A stretch of DNA of 64,000 nucleotides from Alphaproteobacteria bacterium (GTDB lineage Bacteria; Pseudomonadota; Alphaproteobacteria; UBA9219; RGZA01), in contig JANRLI010000005.1 in the NCBI GenBank assembly GCA_033762625.1, forward strand, positions 170,835 through 234,834. Direction: 5' to 3'. The number at the start of each line of letters is the position of its first letter. The stretch's first letter is position 1. A program made the position numbers and the translations under genes. Below, one piece after another: positions 11,491 through 21,019 of this stretch. Under the pieces are notes generated by a model. That model was not told where the DNA came from. It did no database searches and saw nothing but the letters and a program-made list of their open reading frames with translations.

Positions 11491-14184
11491 TTACGCCGCC
11501 ATCATGCCGCGTAATACATACGGCAGAATACCGCCATTGGCATAGTATTCGATTTCATCGGCTGTATCAATACGGCACAGCAGCGGAACTTGACGGTCTG
11601 GCGTACCAGCTTTTGAAATCGTCAGGAATAATTCCATGCGCGGCTTCAATCCCTTTTCGATGCCGATGATGGATAAATCTTCCGAACCATCCAGTTTCAA
11701 ATCGGCACGTGTCATACCGTTTTTGAATTCAAGCGGCAATACGCCCATGCCTACCAGATTGCTTCTGTGAATACGCTCGAAGCTTTCGGCAATAACAGCA
11801 CGTACACCGAGTAATTTCGTACCCTTTGCGGCCCAGTCGCGGCTGGAACCGGTTCCGTATTCCTTACCGGCGATGATCATCAATGGAACATTGGCGGCGA
11901 TGTAACGCATGGCGGCATCATAGATCGACATGGTTTCACCTGTTGGCAGATATTTGGTAATGCCACCTTCAGTGCCCGGCAATAATTCATTCTTGATGCG
12001 GATATTCGCGAAGGTGCCACGCATCATGATTTCGTGATTGCCACGGCGTGCGCCATAGGAATTGAAATCTTCCTTGGTCACTTTGTGTTCAACGAGATAT
12101 GCGCCAGCAGGGCTTTTCGCGCTGATATCTCCTGCTGGTGAAATATGGTCGGTGGTGATGCTGTCTGCAAAAACCGCAAGTGGCTTTGCGCGCAAAATAT
12201 CCTTCACCTTGGTTGGCTGTTTTTGCATGCCTTCGAACAAGGGTGGATGTTTCACATACGTTGAAACAGGATCCCATTGATAGGTTAAACCGGTTGCGGT
12301 CTTTACCTTCTGCCATTCCTCTGGTCCTTTGAACACATCGGCGTAGCGGTCTCGGAACATTTTGGGTGTCAGGCATTTTTCAACGGTCGCTGCAACTTCT
12401 TGGTTGCTTGGCCAGATGTCTTTCAAGAATACGGGCTTGCCATCGCGGCCAGTACCGATCGGGTCTTTTTCAAAATCGATGGTCACGGTTCCGGTCAATG
12501 CATACACAACGCAAAGTGGCGGTGATGCCAGATAGTTCGCTTTGGTTTGCGGGTTCACGCGGCCTTCGAAATTGCGATTACCGGAAAGCACGGCTGCAAC
12601 TGCCAAGTTACCTTTGGTAATCGCAGCAGAAACAGCTTCAGGCAATGGGCCGGAATTACCAATGCAGGTCGTGCACCCATAGCCCACCAGATTGAAACCA
12701 AGCATATCCAGCGGCATATCAAGCCCAGCAGCTTTCAAATAATCGGTCACCACCTGGCTGCCAGGGGCAAGCGATGTTTTCACCCATGGCTTAACGGTCA
12801 GCCCTTTTTCAACCGCTTTTTTCGCAACCAAACCTGCTGCGACCATCACGCTGGGGTTGGAAGTGTTGGTGCAAGAAGTGATGGCGGCGATTACAACGTC
12901 ACCATGCGTGACTGTATAATCGGTGCCTTCAACTGGTGTTTTGGTATGACGTGCATCGCCTTCGATCTTGTATTTCTTAAGATCTTCTTCGAATGCCGAT
13001 GCAACCTTTGACAATGCAACGCGGTCTTGTGGCAAACGCGGGCCAGCAAGCGATGGTTCAACTGTTGATAAATCAAGTTCCAGCGTATCGGTGAATACGG
13101 GGTCTGGTGAACTTGCATCGCGCCACATGCCTTGTTCCTTGGCATAGGCTTCCACCAACGCAACGCGGTCAGCATCACGGCAGGTGAAGTTCAAATAGCG
13201 AATGGTTTCAGCATCTATCGGGAAGATGCCGCAGGTTGCGCCATATTCCGGTGCCATGTTGGCAATAGTTGCGCGGTCAGCAAGTGGAAGTGTATCCAAA
13301 CCAGAGCCATAGAATTCCACGAATTTATTTACCACGCCTTTTTTGCGCAGCATGTTGGTAACGGTGAGCACCAAATCGGTCGCGGTGCAACCTTCCTTCA
13401 ATTTACCTTTTAATTTGAAACCGATGACTTCAGGAATAAGCATCGATGTGGGTTGACCGAGCATGCATGCTTCAGCTTCAATACCGCCAACGCCCCAACC
13501 CAAAACCGCCATGCCATTCACCATGGTCGTGTGGCTGTCTGTTCCAACAAGTGTATCGGGATACGCAATTTGTTTTCCGGTTTGGTCTTTATCGGTCCAC
13601 ACCACTTGGGCAAGATATTCCACGTTTACCTGATGGCAGATACCGGTGCCGGGTGGTACGACGCGGAAATTTTCAAATGCCTGTTGGCCCCAACGAAGGA
13701 ATGAATAACGCTCGCCATTGCGTTCGAATTCTTTGGCGACGTTATATGCGAATGCATTCTTATCACCGAATTTATCCACCATCACCGAATGGTCGATAAC
13801 CAGATCAACCGCACATAGTGGGTTTACGGATTCAACATTACCGCCAAAACTTTTCACCGCTTCGCGCATCGCGGCTAAATCAACCACGGCTGGAACGCCG
13901 GTGAAATCCTGCATCAGCACACGGGCAGGACGGTATGCAATTTCGCGGTCGCTTTTTTTGGTCTTGAGCCATTCAGCAATCGCTTTGATGTCATCGACAT
14001 TTACCGTTGTGCCGTTTTCAAAACGCAGCAAATTTTCCAAAAGAATTTTCAGCGAATAAGGAAGGCCAGCAATGCTGCCGATTTTTTGCTCAGCTGCTTT
14101 AAGACTATAGTAGTCATAGGATTTGCCATTAGCGGTCAGGGTACGGCGTGTGCCAAGCGTGTCATTTCCGGTGCGAAGAGCCAT
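11491..14184 (-). CDS. acnA: Aconitate hydratase A
   Basis: 897 aa with aconitase signatures: ITSCTNTSNP, CIGNSGPL and IIAGKEYGTGSSRDWAAKG. Confidence 0.96.
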   Translation of the reverse strand: MALRTGNDTLGTRRTLTANGKSYDYYSLKAAEQKIGSIAGLPYSLKILLENLLRFENGTTVNVDDIKAIAEWLKTKKSDREIAYRPARVLMQDFTGVPAVVDLAAMREAVKSFGGNVESVNPLCAVDLVIDHSVMVDKFGDKNAFAYNVAKEFERNGERYSFLRWGQQAFENFRVVPPGTGICHQVNVEYLAQVVWTDKDQTGKQIAYPDTLVGTDSHTTMVNGMAVLGWGVGGIEAEACMLGQPTSMLIPEVIGFKLKGKLKEGCTATDLVLTVTNMLRKKGVVNKFVEFYGSGLDTLPLADRATIANMAPEYGATCGIFPIDAETIRYLNFTCRDADRVALVEAYAKEQGMWRDASSPDPVFTDTLELDLSTVEPSLAGPRLPQDRVALSKVASAFEEDLKKYKIEGDARHTKTPVEGTDYTVTHGDVVIAAITSCTNTSNPSVMVAAGLVAKKAVEKGLTVKPWVKTSLAPGSQVVTDYLKAAGLDMPLDMLGFNLVGYGCTTCIGNSGPLPEAVSAAITKGNLAVAAVLSGNRNFEGRVNPQTKANYLASPPLCVVYALTGTVTIDFEKDPIGTGRDGKPVFLKDIWPSNQEVAATVEKCLTPKMFRDRYADVFKGPEEWQKVKTATGLTYQWDPVSTYVKHPPLFEGMQKQPTKVKDILRAKPLAVFADSITTDHISPAGDISAKSPAGAYLVEHKVTKEDFNSYGARRGNHEIMMRGTFANIRIKNELLPGTEGGITKYLPTGETMSIYDAAMRYIAANVPLMIIAGKEYGTGSSRDWAAKGTKLLGVRAVIAESFERIHRSNLVGMGVLPLEFKNGMTRADLKLDGSEDLSIIGIEKGLKPRMELFLTISKAGTPDRQVPLLCRIDTADEIEYYANGGILPYVLRGMMAA

Positions 14185-14488
14185 GGGGGAGCAGCCTTTT
14201 CTTGAGATGGGCAGGAGGGAATTTAAGATCTCACGTATAAAGGAGCGATATTAAGGGAAGGTGAACGCCTCTCATATCCTCATGAAATTGCTGGTATTCA
14301 TTCCGTTTGCGGTACTGGCCATTATCATTCCGGCATTTGTGAAACCTTTTTAGGAATCTATTGCAGTTTTAGTTTCAATGGCCTATATCAGTATCGCAAC
14401 TGATTAGAAGGTCTTTATTTGCATGGCCGCTGCTGGCGATCCAGAAGATAACAATAGTGACGGTGGTTTCCGTAACACCCAGCCAACT

Positions 14489-14890
14489 ATGACTCTATCC
14501 TGGACAGAGCAGGATGAAATATTGACCAATCTCTGGTCAAAGGGCGAAAAGCCAGAATCAATTGCTGTTACCCTCAATCGCTCTGTTGCTGCTGTTATGA
14601 CCAGAGCCGCGCGCCTGGGCCTGCAACGTCGTTTCGCACCCGGACGCAAGCCAAAGAAAACAGGGGATGCAGAATCCGGTCTTGCCAATTTACGCAATGC
14701 GGCGCGTCTTTCTGCGCAGCTGCAAACCACACCTGCACAGCTTTCACACCGCATTTGCCTGATGTGTTTGAGCCGTTTCCAATCCCAAGGCCGCCACAAT
14801 CGCATTTGCGGTAATTGCAAAGGCTCACCTGAGTATCGTTCCGCAGCCGGACTGCCGGATGTTGATGTATCATCGGGCGGCGGCGTTTAA
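14489..14890 (+). CDS. GcrA-like helix-turn-helix protein with C-terminal four-Cys motif
   Basis: The N-terminus MTLSWTEQDEILTNLWSKGEKPESIAVTL...AVMTRAARLGL follows the GcrA N-terminal pattern (SWT..... LW..G.S...IA..L......V.GK.HRLGL). The C-terminus has CLMC...CGNC. The ORF track offers an upstream start at 14423. Confidence 0.55.
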   Translation: MTLSWTEQDEILTNLWSKGEKPESIAVTLNRSVAAVMTRAARLGLQRRFAPGRKPKKTGDAESGLANLRNAARLSAQLQTTPAQLSHRICLMCLSRFQSQGRHNRICGNCKGSPEYRSAAGLPDVDVSSGGGV

Positions 14891-15085
14891 TTAAGGCAAT
14901 CATGTAATTAAGGCACCCAAGGGTCCTTAAGTTTTCTTAAACCATGCATCGTTAATTTTACTTGTGTACTGCGCGCTGGATGATTCCAACCATTTGGCGC
15001 TTCACTCGCTCTGCGTTTTCCATTTAAGAAATGGGCGCGCAACCGCTCGTGATGGCAGAAGTCGTATCTTAGGGCCGCTGGTAAC

Positions 15086-15748
15086 ATGAATAAACAAGAT
15101 GCCGTTCAAACCGTTTTAATCCGTAACAGCTTTTACCGCGACGGGTACCGCTCGCTGCTTAAAGTGGCGCTCGTGCAGGGCGGTGTGATCATCGCGTTAA
15201 TTGCCGCGATTGTGTATCTGGTTTTATCCAGCGACGTGAAGCATGTGTTCTTTGCAACCAACGTCGATGGCCGCATCATGCCGATTGAACCGATTGCCGA
15301 ACCCTACTTCCAAGATGATCAGGTGATTACATGGGTGGCTAAAACGGCGCGTGAAGTTATGCAGATGGATTATCTGAATTACCGCACGAGTTTGGATAAA
15401 GCGAATAGCAAATTCACGCAGGCAGGGCGTATCGACTTCCACGCTGCGCTAAAAGATTCACGCCTTATCGAAGCGATTGAAAAGAACAAACTGGTTGTGC
15501 AGTTAAAGGTCGAAGGCGCGCCGCAAATTCTCAAAAAAGCGATGACGAAAGAAGGCGCCTATGTGTGGTTCCTTGCGATGCCCATCAGCATTGTCTATGA
15601 CGGCCAGGATCCGCCACAGCCATTCCGCGGTAAGCTCCAAGTTCGTGTTGACCGCATGGATTTCCTAGAAAATCCCGATGGTATTGCATTTGGACAGTGG
15701 GTAGTGGGCGAAGAAAATATTCTGAGCCGCGTACAAAAAAGTCCGTAA
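15086..15748 (+). CDS. icmL: T4BSS inner-membrane protein IcmL/DotI (TraM-like)
   Basis: The N-terminal hallmark IRNSFYRDGYRS is followed by a single TM helix and a periplasmic domain. It is the first gene of the dotI-dotH-dotG-dotF run. Confidence 0.85.
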   Translation: MNKQDAVQTVLIRNSFYRDGYRSLLKVALVQGGVIIALIAAIVYLVLSSDVKHVFFATNVDGRIMPIEPIAEPYFQDDQVITWVAKTAREVMQMDYLNYRTSLDKANSKFTQAGRIDFHAALKDSRLIEAIEKNKLVVQLKVEGAPQILKKAMTKEGAYVWFLAMPISIVYDGQDPPQPFRGKLQVRVDRMDFLENPDGIAFGQWVVGEENILSRVQKSP

Positions 15749-15764
15749 TCAGTTCTGAAAACGC

Positions 15765-16445
15765 ATGGCACAAAAACGCCCCACCACTGCGATTAAACCC
15801 GAACAGGTTTATAAGGTTGTCTTTCATCCTTCGGAACCTGCGCCCGTTGGTTCATCGGCGCAGTTCCGTTTTGCGCGTGGCCTAGTCACGATTTTATCCT
15901 ATGTGATTGCCTTGCTCGTCTTTTGCACGTTTATGGTCTATTTCATGTTTGCCGATACGTATTTTTATCATTTCACTGTGCTTGATCGCGAACGTATCCC
16001 CGAACGGCTCGCGACGATGAAGGCGCTCGATACCCCAAACCTGACACGTACCGGAATTACCAACATGGCGATGAATGTCGCAACCGAAGTATTGACCTTC
16101 GGGTTTAACAATGCCGATGAGCGGTTGCTCAAATCGCGCCGTTTATTTACCGAAGAAGCGTGGCTGCGTTTCGCAAAAGCATATTTGAAGGAAGGCCGTC
16201 TTGATAAAATCAAGCTCAACCAGCAGGTGCTGACCAACGTCGCGGTTGAAAATGCCGTGATTATTGAAGAGGGCCCGAATGCGATCGGCGAACAACAATG
16301 GGTTGTTCAGGTTCCAACCATTACCACCTATCAGGCAGGTAAGCGGATTGTGCCTGTACGCAGCGTTCTGCAAATCACCTTCATTAAGGCATCGACCCTT
16401 GAACACCCCGAAGGGGTTGCCATTGATGGTTGGCAACAAATCTAA
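15765..16445 (+). CDS. Second full-length DotI-like paralog (in the DotJ/IcmM position)
   Basis: One TM helix (LVTILSYVIALLVFCTFMVYFMF). Its periplasmic domain aligns by eye with the preceding DotI domain (TEVLTFGFNN... versus REVMQMDYLN...). Confidence 0.6.
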   Translation: MAQKRPTTAIKPEQVYKVVFHPSEPAPVGSSAQFRFARGLVTILSYVIALLVFCTFMVYFMFADTYFYHFTVLDRERIPERLATMKALDTPNLTRTGITNMAMNVATEVLTFGFNNADERLLKSRRLFTEEAWLRFAKAYLKEGRLDKIKLNQQVLTNVAVENAVIIEEGPNAIGEQQWVVQVPTITTYQAGKRIVPVRSVLQITFIKASTLEHPEGVAIDGWQQI

Positions 16446-16591
16446 CACAGCGATTCTCCAGAACCGCAGCTGATGCCGACGCAAATCGGCCATCTTTACT
16501 TCTCGTTAACATTCCACTCTCTACTCTCGTGATGGTTGATTCTTTCATGTCATAGGGGCAGGAAAAATAGAATCTGACGTGGGTTGGAGCA

Positions 16592-18034
16592 TTGACGGGA
16601 GTCTTGAAGAAGATTCTAGTAAAAAAGATGACGATTCGTGCGCTTAAATCATTGTTCGGTAAACCATTACGGTCTTCAACCGTGTGCGGTAGAACATTGC
16701 TTGCTGGACTTTTCGTTGCCGGTCTATGCACAGGTATTTCCACAGCTTATGCACAGACCATTTTACCCGCCGCGCTTGCTTCGCCGCTAACTCTTCCTGA
16801 ACCTGTTTCGGCATTACCACCCGCGCATACACTTGCATCTGCTTCGCCATCAACTGCGGCGTTACCTGCGCCATCGACAATGTCACCCATGGAAGCGAAT
16901 CTCGCGCCGCCACCCATGGATACGCCAGCACTTGCAATGCCGATTGCATCGGAAAGCGCAGCGCCGCTTCCAACATCATCAAGCACTACAACGACGACGA
17001 CCATGGATGCGCCAGCCGTGCCGCTGACCATTTCAACAGACACATCAGCCCCTACCACCACAACCACTGCGCCAACAACAACGTCCACTACCACGGCACC
17101 AGAACCTGAAGCGCTGGGAAGAAAAGCAAATGTAGATCGGCCCGGTTCTAACATGATGCCGCTTGACCCGCCGCCATTGCCGCAGGAAAGCCGTTTGGAT
17201 ACAGCCATTCGTAATGAAGCAGAGCGTTCATTTTACGACGCTAAAAAGCAAAGATACCAAACAACCTTTGAACGCGCTTACGAAGGGCTTGTTCCGCTCG
17301 GTCCCAATGAAGTGCGCGACACCATGAGCCGTTACGAGCGCACGCAGCGCGCATCGGTTCCACCATCTTCCGGTCAGCCGCGTGGCCAAGTGCGGATTAA
17401 AACTTTATCGCTGGAACCCGGTTCGGAACCACCGACCATCAATATTTCGTCAGGATATGTGACCACCATTACCATTCTTGATGCGACCGGCGAGCCATGG
17501 CCCATTCTTGATTTAGGTATTGGCGGAAATTTTGAAGTAAGCAAAACTGGTGGCGGCAATCATGTGATCCGCGTAATGCCGCTGACACGTTTTGGTTATG
17601 GCAATCTTTCAGTATTGTTACAGGATTTATCGACACCGATTATTTTCAAGCTGGCTTCTGGCGGCGCGACGGTAGATTACCGTTTTGATGCGCGTGTTCC
17701 GCGGTTGGGCCCCAATGCCAAGCTTTCACTGATTGACAAGAAAAACAGGTTGCAAGCGGGCTCCGCCGAAATTATGGGATTCCTTGATAACGCGCCGCCG
17801 CCAGAAGCAAAGCGTGTGCGTATCAATGGCGCAGACAGTCGCACCATGGCATGGACGGTGAACAGCCGCATGTTTGTACGCACCCCGTTGACCATGTTAT
17901 CGCCCGCTTGGGATTCAAGTGTGTCATCTGCGGATGGTACAACGGTTTATGAATTGACCGAGACGCCCGTTCTAATCATGTCGGATAATGGTGTGCTGGT
18001 GCGCGCGCGCGTGGCACCCAAGGAAGAAGAGTAA
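16592..18034 (+). CDS. icmK: T4BSS outer-membrane core protein IcmK/DotH (TraN-like)
   Basis: Signal peptide, then a Thr/Ser/Pro-rich linker. The conserved C-terminal domain reads GYVTTITILDATGEPWPILD...NHVIRVMPL...GNLSVLLQDLSTPIIFKL. The start may instead be ATG 16628. Confidence 0.8.
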   Translation: MTGVLKKILVKKMTIRALKSLFGKPLRSSTVCGRTLLAGLFVAGLCTGISTAYAQTILPAALASPLTLPEPVSALPPAHTLASASPSTAALPAPSTMSPMEANLAPPPMDTPALAMPIASESAAPLPTSSSTTTTTTMDAPAVPLTISTDTSAPTTTTTAPTTTSTTTAPEPEALGRKANVDRPGSNMMPLDPPPLPQESRLDTAIRNEAERSFYDAKKQRYQTTFERAYEGLVPLGPNEVRDTMSRYERTQRASVPPSSGQPRGQVRIKTLSLEPGSEPPTINISSGYVTTITILDATGEPWPILDLGIGGNFEVSKTGGGNHVIRVMPLTRFGYGNLSVLLQDLSTPIIFKLASGGATVDYRFDARVPRLGPNAKLSLIDKKNRLQAGSAEIMGFLDNAPPPEAKRVRINGADSRTMAWTVNSRMFVRTPLTMLSPAWDSSVSSADGTTVYELTETPVLIMSDNGVLVRARVAPKEEE

Positions 18035-18036
18035 TC

Positions 18037-19416
18037 ATGACCAACGCACCTGATGATTTTGATCAAGATTTTTCAGAAGCAACAGTGCAACGTGCGCCTG
18101 CCGCCAAACCCAGCATGGCGAATAATCTTGCCGCTGCATGGCAGGGTAGCCCGCTTTTTAAAATGTTTGTGCTGGTTGTAATTGTCGGCGCGCTTGCTGC
18201 TGCGGCGATTGCTATTTTCTCCGGCAATGAAAAAGATATTCCTGGCACTTCCGTGCGTTCTGCGCCGGGGTTAACCGAAGCACCAGGTGCAAAAGCGCCG
18301 CCGGCTTATGTTGACGCAGTGAATGACGCATCTGTCAAACGCGCTGAAGAGGCATTACAACAGGGCAAGAGCGCTATTCCAACACCGGTATCAGGCGATG
18401 AAACCAAGGCGGGGCTTGGCGATCAAGGCGATGAATCGCAATATGACCCACTTGCTGAATTCCGACCCAACACTCCGCAAGATGCAGCGCCCGCAACCCA
18501 GCAAGACCAGACACCTGTTGAAACGGTGGACAGCGAATTGCTGAGCAAGATGCAATCGCAGATGACGAATTTGTTTGATAGCTGGCGCCCTGCGGGAATT
18601 AAAACTATTCAGATTCAAGAAGCATCGGCACATCAGACAACACCAGTTACTGGCACAACAACACCGAATGCAAAAGTTATCGTTGCATCAGGCAGCATTT
18701 ATTATGGCGAATTATTGATGGAAGCAAATTCCGATGCGCCAGGCCCGATTGTTGCGCAAATTCTTTCCGGCCCGTTTGCAGGTGGCCGCGCGATTGGCGC
18801 GTTTCAAGTGACTCGCGAATATCTCATCATCCGTTTCACCAAAATCAGCTATAAGAAAAAAGATTATGCGGCTGATATTCTGGCGGTTGATCCCAACACG
18901 ACTTTGGGCGCACTGGTCACCGAAAAAGATAACAGGTATTTCACGCGCGTTCTTTTACCAGCTGCGGCAGCATTCCTTGAAGGATTTGGGCAGGCGTTGG
19001 GCTCACCATCAAACAGCATCGTCAGCAATAACGGGCAAACCGTTGTGTTGCAACAATCCAAGCAAGGCGTTGAAGATGGTCTCTACCGCGGTTTGGCCCA
19101 AGGCGCAACGACGGTTGGCGGCTTCTTTCGGGATGAGGCTGCTGCAACCAAACCGCTTATCCGGGTTGCTGTTGGAACGCCTATGGGATTGTTTTTTGTG
19201 AACGCGGTAACGGATGGCAATCAAAATGGCCGCGCTTCGGCAAATGTGATTGAAACACCCATCCAGACTCAGCAACAACAGCAACCTGCGCCCAGCTTCT
19301 CCTCGTCGGGTGCCTTAATTAACAACAATACTATCCCTAATACTGGATTAACCACGGTTCCTGCTTCATCCCTTGCGAACAGTGGCGTCAACATTATACA
19401 ATCCGCTCCCCAGTAG
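18037..19416 (+). CDS. icmE: T4BSS core protein IcmE/DotG, short TraO-like form (TrbI/VirB10-type C-terminus)
   Basis: N-terminal TM helix, a Pro-rich periplasmic linker and a VirB10-like domain (IVASGSIYYGELLMEANSDAPGPIVAQILSGPFAGGRAIG). It starts directly after the dotH stop. Confidence 0.8.
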   Translation: MTNAPDDFDQDFSEATVQRAPAAKPSMANNLAAAWQGSPLFKMFVLVVIVGALAAAAIAIFSGNEKDIPGTSVRSAPGLTEAPGAKAPPAYVDAVNDASVKRAEEALQQGKSAIPTPVSGDETKAGLGDQGDESQYDPLAEFRPNTPQDAAPATQQDQTPVETVDSELLSKMQSQMTNLFDSWRPAGIKTIQIQEASAHQTTPVTGTTTPNAKVIVASGSIYYGELLMEANSDAPGPIVAQILSGPFAGGRAIGAFQVTREYLIIRFTKISYKKKDYAADILAVDPNTTLGALVTEKDNRYFTRVLLPAAAAFLEGFGQALGSPSNSIVSNNGQTVVLQQSKQGVEDGLYRGLAQGATTVGGFFRDEAAATKPLIRVAVGTPMGLFFVNAVTDGNQNGRASANVIETPIQTQQQQQPAPSFSSSGALINNNTIPNTGLTTVPASSLANSGVNIIQSAPQ

Positions 19417-19461
19417 TCCCATCATTCAGTAACCGATATTCAGGCTCTAAGAGGCAGTTCT

Positions 19462-20796
19462 ATGGATAAAGACGACCCATTTCGTCATGGCGCAAACCCC
19501 GGAAGCAATCAGGGCAACGAAAATGATTTCGACGATGATGCGCGTTACGATGATGCGGTAACACCTTCCGTGCGCGAAGAAGAATACGCAGCCGGACAGG
19601 AAGAATGGGATCAGCCGATTGACGAGCTCGCTGAAGATGACCAGCAATTGGAAGCCGAGCCAGCGCCCAAGCGCGATCCCTTTGCCGATGAAGGCCCGCT
19701 TGAAGATGAATATGTGGAACACGAGCACCATGCCGGTGATCATGATGATGGCGATCAACATCACGAAGAAGGCCACGAGCAGGAACATGATTTAGAGCAC
19801 GACCCCGACGTCGATGGCCCGCAACAAGCAGCGCCAAGCAAAGCATCACCTTTGGCCGGCATGAAAGCGCCAGAAGGTTTGATGAAGCAGTTGCCGTTAA
19901 TTGGCGGTGGTATCGCTGCATTGGTTATTGCATTTTTTGGATACCAGCAATTCTTTGGTGGCGAGCAAGCAGCTACAACACCGTCCCTTGAAAATCAGAA
20001 TACGTGGGATTTGCAACCGGGGCATTCATCAACGCAGCATGCATCAAATGAATTCCAACAGCCTGCGCCGCAACCAACACCAGCGCCGCAACCTGATGCA
20101 ACAAATACCCAGCCCTCACAACCAACGACTATGATTACGCCGGTAGCAACGCCCGTGGTTGATCCGGCGCCGCAGCAGCAAGCACCATTACCAGTTGCGG
20201 CTGCACCAAACCCGCTCGAAGGCCGTATTGCAGAATTAACCGCGCAGCTTGAGCAGATGAAGCAGACCCAAGATCAGCTTAATCAAAAACTTGCAGCAGC
20301 AACCGCAACGCCGCCATCCATGGATGAAAATTCCAAGGCCGCAACGCAGGCATTGAATGACCGTATTGCGCAGTTAGAACAAAAACTGGCAGCGCAACCT
20401 GCGCCTGCGCCAGTTTCGCAAACCGTAGATGCACCAACCAAATCATCAACCAAAGCAACCCGCATGGTTGATCAAGACCAGCCAGCATCAACACCGCGCA
20501 AGAGTAAGCGCGGTAGTACCGATTTTATGGCAGTAAAGAAGAGCAAAGCTGCCAAGAAGCGCCGCGCTGAACCCGCGGATGATGGCTTTGAACCTGTTGC
20601 CAGCCGTTCTTCGTTCCAAGGATGGATTTTGCGTTCCGCACAGCCAGGTTCTGCATGGCTTTCACAAGGACCTTATAGCAGCGATCTTCGCCGCGTAGTG
20701 CCAGGTGATAAGGTACAGGGACTTGGAACGGTTACATCTATCCACCAAATCGCAGGTCGATGGGTGGTTGAAGGTACGCAAGGCGCCGTCCGTTAA
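19462..20796 (+). CDS. icmG: IcmG/DotF-like (TraP-like) bitopic protein
   Basis: Acidic, His-rich cytoplasmic N-terminus, one TM helix (LPLIGGGIAALVIAFFGY), a coiled coil and the C-terminal domain GWILRSAQPGSAWL...GDKVQGLGTVTSI. It occupies the position after dotG. Confidence 0.65.
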   Translation: MDKDDPFRHGANPGSNQGNENDFDDDARYDDAVTPSVREEEYAAGQEEWDQPIDELAEDDQQLEAEPAPKRDPFADEGPLEDEYVEHEHHAGDHDDGDQHHEEGHEQEHDLEHDPDVDGPQQAAPSKASPLAGMKAPEGLMKQLPLIGGGIAALVIAFFGYQQFFGGEQAATTPSLENQNTWDLQPGHSSTQHASNEFQQPAPQPTPAPQPDATNTQPSQPTTMITPVATPVVDPAPQQQAPLPVAAAPNPLEGRIAELTAQLEQMKQTQDQLNQKLAAATATPPSMDENSKAATQALNDRIAQLEQKLAAQPAPAPVSQTVDAPTKSSTKATRMVDQDQPASTPRKSKRGSTDFMAVKKSKAAKKRRAEPADDGFEPVASRSSFQGWILRSAQPGSAWLSQGPYSSDLRRVVPGDKVQGLGTVTSIHQIAGRWVVEGTQGAVR

Positions 20797-21019
20797 GCGA
20801 CATTTGCATTACAGATAATAAATGTAAGACATGGTTAATGATTTTTAACCATATGAGCTTTATTGGGATTCTTTGCCTTTGAAATCAAAGAAAGAAAGTA
20901 ATTTTTTATATACTTTTAATGAATCCTTGGAATACTCGAATGATGGGGAAAAGCCTTTTTATGTCATCCGATCGTTTGGGATGCTGTCCATCCGGTTGGG
21001 TCGCTTTAGGAACTTGCGC

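Noticed and set aside
14282-14353. Tiny hydrophobic ORF (MKLLVFIPFAVLAIIIPAFVKPF) in the acnA upstream region
   Set aside because: It has no RBS, is only 23 codons long and lies in a divergent promoter region. The evidence is insufficient.
14888-14915. Possible PmrA-type tandem repeat (the Legionella/Coxiella Dot/Icm regulator site)
   Set aside because: The two TAATTAAGGCA copies are 17 bp apart start to start. The roughly 11-bp helical period expected for OmpR/PmrA-type direct repeats is not met, and no PmrA/PmrB genes are in the window.
14927-14945. Possible CtrA box upstream of icmL (TTAAGTTTTCTTAAACCAT)
   Set aside because: The spacing is TTAA-N6-TTAA, not the canonical TTAA-N7-TTAA, so it does not fit the consensus. 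It is kept only as a note inside the GcrA-like finding.
14185-15085. Mobile-element border or attachment site at the housekeeping/T4BSS junction
   Set aside because: No tRNA, integrase or transposase was found at 14.2-15.1 kb. I also recognised no long direct repeat shared with the right end of the locus (54.6-55.7 kb). This cannot be excluded without a dot-plot.
16747-17208. Minus-strand ORFs opposite the Thr/Ser/Ala-rich tracts of dotH (16747-17208), pilP (47101-47409, 47596-47808) and other long genes (for example 50376-51065, 61371-62030, 56807-57298, 2372-2929, 2868-3482)
   Set aside because: These are shadow ORFs inside strongly supported genes on the other strand. Their low-complexity composition mirrors the sense strand, and they have no independent start signals.
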